Assembly (NCBI GenBank): GCA_951406725.2
Contig: OX597824.1
Span: forward strand, 99,882,001 to 99,946,000
Origin: Octopus vulgaris
Lineage: Eukaryota
Length of the DNA stretch: 64,000 nucleotides
Reading direction: 5' to 3'
The translations under genes and the position numbers were made by a program. Shown piece after piece: positions 33,953 through 46,726 of the stretch. The stretch's first letter is position 1; each line of letters begins with the position of its first letter. The notes under the pieces were generated by a model. That model saw only the letters and a list, made by a program, of their open reading frames with translations, was not told the origin of the DNA and made no database searches.

Positions 33953-36900
33953 AACCATTCGAGTGTGGCTGATGCCAGTGCTGCCTGACTGGCACCCGTG
34001 CTGGTGACATGTAAAAAGTACCATTTGAGCCTGGCCAATGCCAGGGCTGCCTGATCAATGCCAGGGCTGCCTGACTGGCACCCGTGCTGGTGACATGTAA
34101 AAAGTACCATTTGAGCCTGGCCAATGCCAGGGCTGCCTGACCAATGCCAGGGCTGCCTGACTGGCACCCGTGCTGGTGACATGTAAAAAGTACCATTTGA
34201 GCCTGGCCAATGCCAGGGCTGCCTGACTGGTACCCGTGCTGGTGACATGTAAAAAGTACCATTTGAGCCTGGCCAATGCCAGGGCTGCCTGACTGGCACC
34301 CGTGCTGGTGACATGTAAAAAGTACCATTTGAGCCTGGCCAATGCCAGGGCTGCCTGACTGGCACCCGTGCTGGTGACATGTGAAAAGTACCATTTGAGC
34401 CTGGCCAATGCCAGGGCTGCCTGACTGGCACCTGTGCTGGTGACATGTAAAAAGTACCATTTGAGCCTGGCCAATGCCAGTGTGCTGCCTGACTGGCACC
34501 CGTGCTGGTGACATGTGAAAAGTACCATTTGAGCCTGGCCAATGCCAGGGCTGCCTGACTGGCACCCATGCTGGTGACATGTAAAAAGTACCATTTGAGC
34601 CTGGCCAATGCCAGTGCTGCCTGACTGGCACCCGTGCTGGTGACATGTGAAAAGTACCATTTGAGCCTGGCCAATGCCAGGGCTGCCTGACTGGCACCCG
34701 TGCTGCTGATGACATGTAAAAAGTACCATTTGAGCCTGGCCAATGCCAGGGCTGCCTGACTGGCACCCGTGCTGGTGACATGTGAAAAGTACCATTTGAC
34801 CTGGCTAATGCCAGTGCTGCCTGACTGGCACCCATGCTGGTGACATGTAAAAAGTACCATTTGAGCCTGGCCAGTGCCAGGGCTGCCTGACTGGCACCCG
34901 TGCTGGTGACATGTAAAAAGTACCATTTGAGCCTGGCCAATGCCAGGGCTGCCTGACTGGCACCCGTGCTGGTGACATGTAAAAAGTACCATTTGAGCCT
35001 GGCCAATGCCAGGGCTGCCTGACCAATGCCAGGGCTGCCTGACTGGCACCCGTGCTGGTGACATGTAAAAAGTACCATTTGAGCCTGGCCAATGCCAGGG
35101 CTGCCTGACTGGTACCCGTGCTGGTGACATGTAAAAAGTACCATTTGAGCCTGGCCAATGCCAGGGCTGCCTGACTGGCACCCGTGCTGGTGACATGTAA
35201 AAAGTACCATTTGAGCCTGGCCAATGCCAGGGCTGCCTGACTGGCACCCGTGCTGGTGACATGTGAAAAGTACCATTTGAGCCTGGCCAATGCCAGGGCT
35301 GCCTGACTGGCACCTGTGCTGGTGACATGTAAAAAGTACCATTTGAGCCTGGCCAATGCCAGTGCTGCCTGACTGGCACCCGTGCTGGTGACATGTGAAA
35401 AGTACCATTTGAGCCTGGCCAATGCCAGGGCTGCCTGACTGGCACCCATGCTGGTGACATGTAAAAAGTACCATTTGAGCCTGGCCAATGCCAGTGCTGC
35501 CTGACTGGCACCCGTGCTGGTGACATGTGAAAAGTACCATTTGAGCCTGGCCAATGCCAGGGCTGCCTGACTGGCACCCGTGCTGCTGATGACATGTAAA
35601 AAGTACCATTTGAGCCTGGCCAATGCCAGGGCTGCCTGACTGGCACCCGTGCTGGTGACATGTGAAAAGTACCATTTGACCTGGCTAATGCCAGTGCTGC
35701 CTGACTGGCACCCATGCTGGTGACATGTAAAAAGTACCATTTGAGCCTGGCCAGTGCCAGGGCTGCCTGACTGGCACCCGTGCTGGTGACATGTAAAAAG
35801 TACCATTTGAGCCTGGCCAATGCCAGGGCTGCCTGACTGGCACCTGTGCTGGTGACATGTAAAAAGTACCATTTGAGCCTGGCCAATGCCAGGGCTGCCT
35901 GACTGGCACCCGTGCTGGTGACATGTAAAAAGTACCATTTGAGCCTGGCCAATGCCAGTGCTGCCTGAGTGGCACCCGTGCTGGTGACATGTAAAAAGTA
36001 CCATTTGAGCCTGGCCAATGCCAGGGCTGCCTGACTGGCACCCGTGCTGGTGACATGTAAAAGTACCATTTGAGCCTGGCCAATGCCAGTGCTGCCTGAC
36101 TGGCACCCGTGCTGGTGACATGTAAAAGTACCATTTGAGCCTGGCCAATGCCAGGGCTGCCTGACTGGCCACCCGTGCTGGTGACATGTAAAAAGTACCA
36201 TTTGAGCCTGGCCAATGCCAGGGCTGCCTGACTGGCACCCGTGCTGGTGACATGTAAAAAGTACCATTTGAGCCTGGCCAATGCCAGGGCTGCCTGACTG
36301 GTACCCGTGCTGGTGACATGTGAAAAGTACCATTTGACCTGGCCAATGCCAGTGCTGCCTGACTGGCACCCGTGCTGGTGACATGTAAAAAGTACCATTT
36401 GACCTGGCCAATGCCAGTGCTGCCTGACTGGCACCCATGCTGGTGACATGTGAAAAGTACCATTTGAGCCTGGCAAATGCCAGGGCTGCCTGACTGGCAC
36501 CCGTGCTGGTGACATGTGAAAAGTACCATTTGACCTGGCCAATGCAAGTGCTGCCTGACTGGCACCCATGCTGGTGACATGTAAAAGTACCATTTGAGCC
36601 TGGCCAATGCCAGTGCTGCCTGACTGGCACCCATGCTGGTGACATGTAAAAAGTACCATTTGACCTGGCCAATGCAAGTGCTGCCTGACTGGCACCCATG
36701 CTGGTGACATGTAAAAAGTACCATTTGAGCCTGGCCAATGCCAGTGCTGCCTGACTGGCACCCGTGCTGGTGACATGTGAAAAGTACCATTTGACCTGGC
36801 CAATGCAAGTGCTGCCTGACTGGCACCCATGCTGGTGACATGTAAAAAGTACCATTTGAGCCTGGCCAATGCCAGTGCTGCCTGACTGGCACCCGTGCTG

Positions 36901-39900
36901 GTGACATGTAAAAAGTACCATTTGACCTGGCCAATGCCAGTGCTGCCTGACTGGCACCCGTGCTGGTGACATGTGAAAAGTACCATTTGAGCCTGGCCAA
37001 TGCCAGGGCTGCCTGACCAATGCCAGTGCTGCCTGACTGGCACCCGTGCTGGTGACATGTAAAAAGTACCATTTGACCTGGCCAATGCCAGTGCTGCCTG
37101 ACTGGCACCCGTGCTGGTGACATGTGAAAAGTACCATTTGAGCCTGGCCAATGCCAGGGCTGCCTGACCAATGCCAGGGCTGCCTGACTGGCACCCGTGC
37201 TGGTGACATGTAAAAAGTACCATTTGAGCCTGGCCAATGCCAGGGCTGCCTGACTGGTACCTGTGCTGGTGACATGTAAAAAGTACCATTTGAGCCTGGC
37301 CAATGCCAGTGCTGCCTGACTGGCACCTGTGCTGGTGACATGTAAAAAGTACCATTTGAGCCTGGCCAATGCCAGGGCTGCCTGACTGGCACCTGTGCTG
37401 GTGACATGTAAAAAGTACCATTTGAGCCTGGCCAATGCCAGGGCTGCCTGACTGGCACCTGTGCTGGTGACATGTAAAAAGTAACATTTGAGCCTGGCCA
37501 ATGCCAGGGCTGCCTGACTGGCACCTGTGCTGGTGACATGTAAAAAGTACCATTTGAGCCTGGCCAATGCCAGTGCTGCCTGACTGGCACCCGTGCTGGT
37601 GACATGTAAAAAGTACCATTTGAGCCTGGCCAATGCCAGGGCTGCCTGACTGGCACCTGTGCTGGTGACATGTAAAAAGTACCATTTGAGCCTGGCCAAT
37701 GCCAGGGCTGCCTGATTGGCACCTGTGCTGGTGACATGTAAAAAGTACCATTTGAGCCTGGCCAATGCCAGTGCTGCATGACTGGCACCCGTGCTGGTGA
37801 CATGTAAAAAGTACCATTTGAGCCTGGCCAATGCCAGGGCTGCCTGACTGGCACCTGTGCTGGTGACATGTAAAAAGTACCATTTGAGCCTGGCCAATGC
37901 CAGGGCTGCCTGACTGGCACCTGTGCTGGTGATATGTAAAAAGTACCATTTGAGCCTGGCCAATGCCAGTGCTGCCTGACTGGCACCCGTGCTGGTGACA
38001 TGTAAAAAGTACCATTTGAGCCTGGCCAATGCCAGGGCTGCCTGACTGGCACCTGTGCTGGTGACATGTAAAAAGTACCATTTGAGCCTGGCCAATTCCA
38101 GGGCTGCCTGACTGGCACCTGTGCTGGTGACATGTAAAAAGTACCATTTGAGCCTGGCCAATGCCAGGGCTGCCTGACTGGCACCTGTGCTGGTGACATG
38201 TAAAAAGTACCATTTGAGCCTGGCCAATGCCAGGGCTGCCTGACTGGCACCTGTGCTGGTGACATGTAAAAAGTACCATTTGAGCCTGGCCAATGCCAGT
38301 GCTGCCTGACTGGCACCCGTGCTGGTGACATGTAAAAAGTACCATTTGAGCCTGGCCAATGCCAGGGCTGCCTGACTGGCACCTGTGCTGGTGACATGTA
38401 AAAAGTACCATTTGAGCCTGGCCAATGCCAGGGCTGCCTGACTGGCACCCGTGCTGGTGACATGTAAAAAGTACCATTTGAGCCTGGCCAATGCCAGTGC
38501 TGCCTGACTGGCACCCGTGCTGGTGACATGTAAAAAGTACCATTTGAGCCTGGCCAATGCCAGGGCTGCCTGACTGGCACCTGTGCTGGTGACATGTAAA
38601 AAGTACCATTTGAGCCTGGCCAATGCCAGGGCTGCCTGACTGGCACCTGTGCTGGTGACATGTAAAAAGTACCATTTGAGCCTGGCCAATGCCAGGGCTG
38701 CCTGACTGGCACCTGTGCTGGTGACATGTAAAAAGTACCATTTGAGCCTGGCCAATGCCAGTGCTGCCTGACTGGCACCCGTGCTGGTGACATGTAAAAA
38801 GTACCATTTGAGCCTGGCCAATGCCAGGGCTGCCTGACTGGCACCTGTGCTGGTGACATGTAAAAAGTACCATTTGAGCCTGGCCAATGCCAGGGCTGCC
38901 TGACTGGCACCTGTGCTGGTGACATGTAAAAAGTACCATTTGAGCCTGGCAAATGCCAGGGCTGCCTGACTGGCACCCGTGCTGGTGACATGTGAAAAGT
39001 ACCATTTGACCTGGCCAATGCAAGTACTGCCTGACTGGCACCCATGCTGGTGACATGTAAAAAGTACCATTTGAGCCTGGCCAATGCCAGTGCTGCCTGA
39101 CTGGCACCCGTGCTGGTGACATGTAAAAAGTACCATTTGAGCCTGGCCAATGCCAGGGCTGCCTGACTGGCACCCGTGCTGGTGACATGTAAAAAGTACC
39201 ATTTGAGCCTGGCCAATGCCAGTGCTGCCTGACTGGCACCCGTGCTGGTGACATGTAAAAAGTACCATTTGAGCCTGGCCAATGCCAGGGCTGCCTGACT
39301 GGCACCTGTGCTGGTGACATGTAAAAAGTACCATTTGAGCCTGGCCAATGCCAGTGCTGCCTGACTGGCACCCGTGCTGGTGACATGTAAAAAGTACCAT
39401 TTGAGCCTGGCCAATGCCAGGGCTGCCTGACTGGCACCTGTGCTGGTGACATGTAAAAAGTACCATTTGAGCCTGGCCAATGCCAGGGCTGCCTGACTGG
39501 CACCTGTGCTGGTGACATGTAAAAAGTACCATCTGAGCCTGGCCAATGCCAGGGCTGCCTGACTGGCACCTGTGCTGGTGACATGTAAAAAGTACCATTT
39601 GAGCCTGGCCAATGCCAGTGCTGCCTGACTGGCACCCGTGCTGGTGACATGTAAAAAGTACCATTTGAGCCTGGCCAATGCCAGGGCTGCCTGACTGGCA
39701 CCTGTGCTGGTGACATGTAAAAAGTACCATTTGAGCCTGGCCAATGCCAGGGCTGCCTGACTGGCACCCGTGCTGGTGACATGTAAAAAGTACCATTTGA
39801 GCCTGGCCAATGCCAGTGCTGCCTGACTGGCACCCGTGCTGGTGACATGTAAAAAGTACCATTTGAGCCTGGCCAATGCCAGGGCTGCCTGACCAATGCC

Positions 39901-41370
39901 AGAGCTGCCTGACTGGCACCCGTGCTGGTGACATGTAAAAAGTACCATTTGACCTGGCCAATGCCAGTGCTGCCTGACTGGCACCCGTGCTGGTGACATG
40001 TGAAAAGTACCATTTGAGCCTGGCAAATGCCAGGGCTGCCTGACTGGCACCCGTGCTGGTGACATGTGAAAAGTACCATTTGACCTGGCCAATGCAAGTA
40101 CTGCCTATCTGGCACCCATGCTGGTGACATGTAAAAAGTACCATTTGAGCCTGGCCAATGCCAGTGCTGCCTGACTGGCACCCGTGCTGGTGACATGTAA
40201 AAAGTACCATTTGAGCCTGGCCAATGCCAGGGCTGCCTGACTGGCACCCGTGCTGGTGACATGTAAAAAGTACCATTTGAGCCTGGCCAATGCCAGTGCT
40301 GCCTGACTGGCACCCGTGCTGGTGACATGTAAAAAGTACCATTTGAGCCTGGCCAATGCCAGGGCTGCCTGACCAATGCCAGAGCTGCCTGACTGGCACC
40401 CGTGCTGGTGACATGTAAAAAGTACCATTTGAGCCTGGCCAATGCCAGGGCTGCCTGACTGGCACCCGTGCTGGTGACATGTAAAAAGTACCATTTGAGC
40501 CTGGCCAATGCCAGGGCTGCCTGACTGGCACCCGTGCTGGTGACATGTAAAGAGTACCATTTGAGCCTGGCCAATGCCAGGGCTGCCTGACCAATGCCAG
40601 AGCTGCCTGACTGGCACCCGTGCTGGTGACATGTAAAAAGTACCATTTGAGCCTGGCCAATGCCAGGGCTGCCTGACTGGCACCCGTGCTGGTGACATGT
40701 AAAAAGTACCATTTGAGCCTGGCCAATGCCAGTGCTGCTTGGCTGGCACCCATGCTGGTGACATGTAAAAAGTACCATTTGAGCCTGGCCAATACCAGGG
40801 CTGCCTGACTGGCACCCGTGCTGGTGACATGTGAAAAGTACCATTTGAGCCTGGCCAATGCCAGGGCTGCCTGACTGGCACCCGTGCTGGTGACATGTAA
40901 AAAGTACTATTTGAGCCTGGCCAATGCCAGTGCTGCTTGGCTGGCACCCGTGCTGGTGACATGTAAAAAGTACCATTTGAGCCTGGCCAATGCCAGGGCT
41001 GCCTGACTGGCACCCGTGCTGGTGACATGTAAAAAGTACCATTTGAGCCTGGCCAATGCCAGTGCTGCTTGGCTGGCACCCGTGCTGGTGACATGTAAAA
41101 AGTACCATTTGAGCCTGGCCAATGCCAGGGCTGCCTGACTGGCACCCGTGCTGGTGACATGTAAAAAGTACCATTTGAGCCTGGCCAATGCCAGTGCTGC
41201 TTGGCTGGCACCCGTGCTGGTGACATGTAAAAAGTACCATTTGAGCCTGGCCAATGCCAGGGCTGCCTGACTGGCACCTGTGCTGGTGACATGTAAAAAG
41301 TACCATTTGAGCCTGGCCAATGCCAGTGCTGCTTGGCTGGCACCCATACTGGTGACACGTATAAAGCACC
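33953..41370 (+). repeat. 7.4-kb minisatellite of a 66-bp unit (about 110 copies) derived from the RTE 3' UTR module
   Basis: Unit CTGGCCAATGCCAGGGCTGCCTGACTGGCACCCGTGCTGGTGACATGTAAAAAGTACCATTTGAGC; continues directly into the family tail. Confidence 0.98.
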
Positions 41371-41525
41371 CCCTACACTCTGAGTTGTTGGCGTTAGGAA
41401 GGGCATCCAGCTGTAGAAATCTTGCCAAATGAGATTGGAGCTGGTGCAGCCTCCCAGCTTGCCAATCTTTAGTCAAACCCTCCAACCCATGTCAGCACGG
41501 AAAGCAGACATGATGCTGATGATGT
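41371..41525 (+). mobile_element. RTE-family terminal tail closing the large array
   Basis: ctacactct...ttggcgttaggaagggcatccagctgtagaaa...ccaacccatg...gatgctgatgatg. Confidence 0.9.
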
Positions 41526-41763
41526 TCATTATCTTCTGAAAAGCCATTCATAACCTGTGTTATTTTATTAACATTAATGGTGAAGGAATGGTTTGAAACA
41601 CTAGACTAAGTGCTTTGCTGGAAGTATTTACTTTCCTGCTCTTCTGTTCTCATTGTTTCCATCTTCCCTAAGTTGATAAAATAGATATTAATCTGACCAA
41701 CAACAAAGTTGTAAGTGATATAAAAAATCAGTTTTCTATCATATTTTTTTGCTTCTGTTTCAG

Positions 41764-41892
41764 AAATCAATGATTACTTTCGATGAACTTGTTAGTCATG
41801 TTGTTGTTTTATATGGAGACGAAGCAAGGAATTTATTTGTCTTTCATTTACAAGAACTCAACAAGTCTTCTTGTTCCATTTGTCAATCAGTA
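41764..41892 (+). CDS. RhoGEF exon 6 (BAR)
   Basis: ctgtttcAG|...GTA|GTaagt; open 129 nt, phase 0-0: KSMITFDELVSHVVVLYGDEARNLFVFHLQELNKSSCSICQSV. Confidence 0.78.
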
Positions 41893-42511
41893 GTAAGTAA
41901 CTTGTTTAATTTTTCAATTTTTTAGCAATTGAGGTTGAGGTGTTTGATGATGTCTAAATAGACATCAATAAGTTTCAAAGTATTTATGGTGTCTAGTTCT
42001 GAAAAAAAAAAATAATAATTTCCCCACTCATGTTAACATAGAAAATGGATGTTAATCTGTTGTAATATCTGAAAAAAAAAGTCTGCTGTAATATCTGAAT
42101 TTATTCTTTTTTTTCAAATGCTTTGATCATATTTACTAATTTTTGTATTGGAATATGTAATTAGCACTATCTTGACTGTCTCATAAATTGTGTAGAAATA
42201 CGGTTTAAATCCTATTTTTATCACATCTGTATTCATTCCCCATTTATGGATAAGATATTGTACAAGAGCTGACAGGATTGTTCCCAGTCAAGTCGAAATA
42301 TTGCCTATTGACCTAATCGTTTCCCCTTAATTTGTTCAAGTGATGATTATGGCCACAACACAATTCTTGGTAGTTTTGTTTATCAATAAACAGATATCAT
42401 TGATTGATAAAATTCCTTAATAACAATCAGTGGTTAGTTGTTATTGTTAAAAAGGCAGTATTTGATATTAAGAAGCTCCATTTGGATGTTTCAAAGTGAG
42501 CTTTGGTACAT

Positions 42512-42760
42512 TATCATCATCATCATCATCATCATCATTTAACGTCTGCTTTCCATGCTGGCATGGGTTGGACGATTTGACTGAGGACTGGCGAACCAGG
42601 TGGCTGCACCAAGATCCAATTTTGATCTGGCAGAGTTTCTACAGCTGGATGCCCTTCCTAACGCCAACCACTCCAAGAGTGTAGTCGGTGCTTTTACGTA
42701 CCACCGGCATGAGGGCCAGTCAGGCAGTACTGTCAATGGCCACGCCCAAATGGTGTTTTT
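42512..42760 (-). mobile_element. RTE-family tail, minus strand
   Basis: (CAT)n, ccatgctggcatgggttgg, ggatgcccttcctaacgccaacc. Confidence 0.9.
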
Positions 42761-42770
42761 TTTTTTTTTT

Positions 42771-45160
42771 TCATTTGATGAGGCTGCAAAGAGAGAGGTT
42801 TGGAGATGCCACTATGAAAGGTTGCTGAATAAAGAAAATGAAAGGGAGAAAGAGAGTATGCCGAATGTCGACCCAACAGAGGGACCAGCTATCCGAGTTG
42901 ACAGTACCTTGATAAATAAAGCAATTAAGAGTATGGAAACAGGGAAAGCCCCCGGCCCATCAGGAATTACTGCAGAGATGCTCAAAATATCTGGCAGTAT
43001 CGGCTATAGCCTAGTCACCTATATAGTTAACCACAAAGTCATACCCAATGACTGGTGTAGCAGCGCTATAGTCAACTGCTACAAAGGTAAAGGTGACGCT
43101 TTAGATACAAATAATTACAGAGGTATCAAGCTGTTGGATCAGGTAATGAAGGTCATGGAGAGGGTCTTAGCCCAACTAATTAGGGACTGAGTCGGTTTAG
43201 ATGAGATGCAGTTTGGGTTCGTGCCAAGGAAAAGCACCACTGATGCTATATTTCTAGTAAGACAGCTGCAGAAGAAGTATCTGGCTTTTTTTGACATGGA
43301 GAAAGCCTTTGACAGGGTCCCCCGATACCTTATCTGGTAGTCAATGAGGAAACTAGAGATAGATGAATGGTTAGTGAGAGCTGTGCAAGCCATGTACAGG
43401 GACGCTGTCAGTAAGGTGAGGGTTGGCAATGAGTACAGTGAAGAATTCAGGCTAGAGGTAGGGGTCCACCAGGGCTTAGTCCTCAGCCCCCTCCTATTTA
43501 TCATAGTCCTCCAGGCAATAACAGAGGAATTCAAGACAGGATGCCCCTGGGAGCTCCTCTATGCTGATGACCTTGCTCTAATTGCTGAGTCACTGTCAGA
43601 ACTAGGAGAAGTTTCAGGTGTGGAAACAAGGATTAGAATCGAAGGCCCTTAGAGTCAACCTAGCTAAAACCAAAGTCCTCATAAGTAGGAAGGCAAACCA
43701 CAAATCCCTTCAGGTAGATGGCCCTGCTCGATCTGTAGTGGAGGCGTAGGTAGAAAATCTATAAAATGTACCCAGTGTTAGCTATGGACACATAAGAGGT
43801 GCAGTAATATCAAAGGAAGGCTAACTTGGAAGATAGTTTTTGTATGTGGCAGATACTCTGGAGCAATAAACTCTGAAAATGTGCAGAGAATAGCTTCCAT
43901 CGCATTCCAGAGAGAAAAACTAGAAGTAGTTGATAGCTTCTGTTACCTAGGTGACCAAGTCAGTAGCGGGGGTGGGTGCGCTGAAAGTGTAGTTGCTAGA
44001 ATAAGAATAGCTTGGGCAAAGTTTAGAGAGCTCTTACCTCTGCAGGTGAAAAAGGGTCTATCACTCAGAGTAAAATGTAGACTGTATGATGCATGTGTAC
44101 GAACAGCCATGCTACATGGCAATGAAACATGGGCTGTGACTGCTGAGGACATGCGTAAGCTCACTAGGAATGAAGCCAGCATGATCCGATGGATGTGTAA
44201 TGTCAGTGTGCATACTCGACAGTGTAAATACCTTGAGAGAAAAGTTGGACCTAAGAAGCATCAGATGTGTGCAAGAGAGACAACTGCGCTGGTATGGTCA
44301 TGTGGCGAGAATGGATGAGAATAACTGTGTGAAAAAGTGCCATACCCTAGCAGTTGAGGGAACCTGTGGAAGAGGTAGACCAGGAAGACCTGGGATGAAG
44401 TGGTGAAGCACGACCTTTGAACTTTAGGCCTCACCAAGGAAATGACTAGTGATTGAGACTTGGAAATATGTTGTGCTTGAGAAGACCTGGCAAGTCATAT
44501 GAGACCATAACCTCGTGGCCTATGCCAGGGGTGTAACCAGCCCACTTATGCATACCTTTTCCTTCTTTGGACACTAAAACTCTGCTTGTGAAGACCTGTT
44601 GAGACAAGTGAAATCAAAATCAAATTTGATGACTGGCATCCGTGCTAGCGGGGTACAAAGAGCACCATACGAGTGTGATTGTTGACAGAGCAGCTAACCG
44701 GCTTCTGTTCCAGTGGTACATAAAAGGCACCATTTGAGTGTGATCGTTACCAGCGTTGCCTTACTGGCACTTGAGCCCCATGCTAGTAGGGTGCCAAGAG
44801 CACCATCTGAGCGTGTTCGTTGCCAGAGTGGCTAACTGGCTTCTGTGCTAGTGGCACATAAAAAGAACCATTCAAGCATGATCGTTACCAGCATCGCTTT
44901 ACTGGCACCTGTGCCGGTGGCATGTGTAAAAGATTCAAGCAAGGTTGTTGCCAGTACCACCTGACTGGCTCCGTGCCGGTGGCACGTAAAAGCACCCACT
45001 ACACTCTCGGAGTGGTTGGCGTTAGGAAGGGCATCCAGCTGTAGAAATTCTGCCAGATCAAGATTGAAGCCTGGTGCAGCCATCTGGTTCGCCAGCCCTC
45101 AGTCAAATCATCCAACCCATGCTATCATGGACAGCGGATGTTAAACAATGATGATGATGA
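42771..45160 (+). mobile_element. 5'-truncated RTE-PHD LINE with about 6 UTR modules
   Basis: ORFs 42600-44406 are RT pieces including YADD; (GAT)n tail at about 45160. Confidence 0.93.
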
Positions 45161-45897
45161 TTAGTCTTTGTGCATTATGTATGATGAAGACACTGGCCCA
45201 CTTCATTTAACAGTTGTAAGCCAATCAGGTTTAAGTATATTATGTAGAAACAAGACAACTATATAACTAACAAATATATCAAACCTGAAGTATTGAGTTC
45301 AAGAGGTTTCATGGACTTGAGCTTTAACATATTACTGGCTTGTCTATCATCTTACCTAATTGGTCTCAATAGGAACAATCCATTTATTATGAGGTTACAG
45401 ATATACCCATCTGGATATACTTCCCAGCATATATCCATATATACCATTAGATACTCTGTAATACCATGATATAGTAAACTTATTAAGAATGATATCTCCT
45501 TGGGTTTACAGGATTGTTAAATGAGAATTCTTTATAACTTTTAACAGTTTAAGTAACCACTAACATTTTCAGCTTTATGTGATGTTTTGATTGGCTGATA
45601 AAGTGTTTATCAAGAGTAATTAACTCATCTGAAAGTTAAACATGTTCTAGGTTGAACACTTTACATTACCACAGTGATAAAAGGGAAGTTTTATGAAAGA
45701 GATCTAATCAAACAAGTAGTATACAAATATTACTACAACTGGAAAGGAGAAGCTGTTTTGGATGTATCATTTTCCTAAACAACTACGTGATTTGTCTAAT
45801 CTTCAATTGACCGCTCAACAATTTTGTTTGATTTTTTTTCTTGATATAATTGATCAAATTAACTGATTTGAATTTTACTTTTTTTGTGAATATTTAG

Positions 45898-46008
45898 GTA
45901 GAGAAGGTAACAACTTTGCTTCTTCAACCCCTAATTGTGTTAATTAAACTATATGAAGGACCAGAGGCTCTGATAAAAAAACGGAATGATAAATTAATGG
46001 AGATATAT
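45898..46008 (+). CDS. RhoGEF exon 7 (BAR helix 2)
   Basis: tatttAG|...TAT|GTaagt; VEKVTTLLLQPLIVLIKLYEGPEALIKKRNDKLMEIY matches Tuba-type PL..L...F.GP..L..KR.DKL.D. Confidence 0.92.
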
Positions 46009-46726
46009 GTAAGTATGAAATTAATGAAGAGGCAAGAAAGTATATTAAGATGAAATGGTGATTTGTTGCCATACAAGGTGGAGTGTTCTGTATCATGTAA
46101 AACATAGAGTATTTTGGTGAAGTGAAGTTGGATAGCATGTTGAGTCAGACATAAGAGAGTGGAATATGATCAGATTACATGAGGTTTGAGTCAGGTGAGG
46201 AATCTTCAGATGCCAAGATGTAGCACAAGGTAATCAAATCAAACTAAGATATATGTTAGTAATTTTTCTAATTCATGTGAAGCTGCAAATGTTAATAGTA
46301 GATGTGAGAGATTAAGATACTGGAATGCTGCCAGTTGAAACCTTGCTGTAAACATTTGTTTTGCCACTGATTGAGCAAGCCAGTGATTAACAACAGGCTG
46401 CTTGTGCCCATCCCATCTTATTTAATGAAGGGTTAGGGTATGAGTTGAAAGAAATAGGGCTGCTATTTCTTGCAGGTTAAGCTATCATGCAGATACTTGG
46501 CTTGGAATTTATGTTGAGGGTCAATTACTTTGCTGGATGCAATCTGCCTGACTGAAAAGTATGTATTTCTTCAGATGTCAATGGAAAGGTATCCCTCTGT
46601 ACTAAATGAAATACATCCTGGCAATAGTAGTATTTAAAGTGAAACTAAAATTGAAAATATTGCCTTTATTTTTTATTGGATATCAGATAATAAAAATAGT
46701 GTGAAAATATTTCTTTCAATTTTTAG

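Noticed and set aside
33919-41369. 1894-2057-aa minus-strand ORFs as real genes
   Set aside because: They are translations of a 66-bp tandem unit open in all three frames, and indels switch frames freely, so there is no sign of coding constraint
46575-46588. Micro-exon ttcttcAG|ATGTCAATGGAAAG|GTatcc between exons 7 and 8
   Set aside because: 14 nt would break the frame between two phase-0 boundaries
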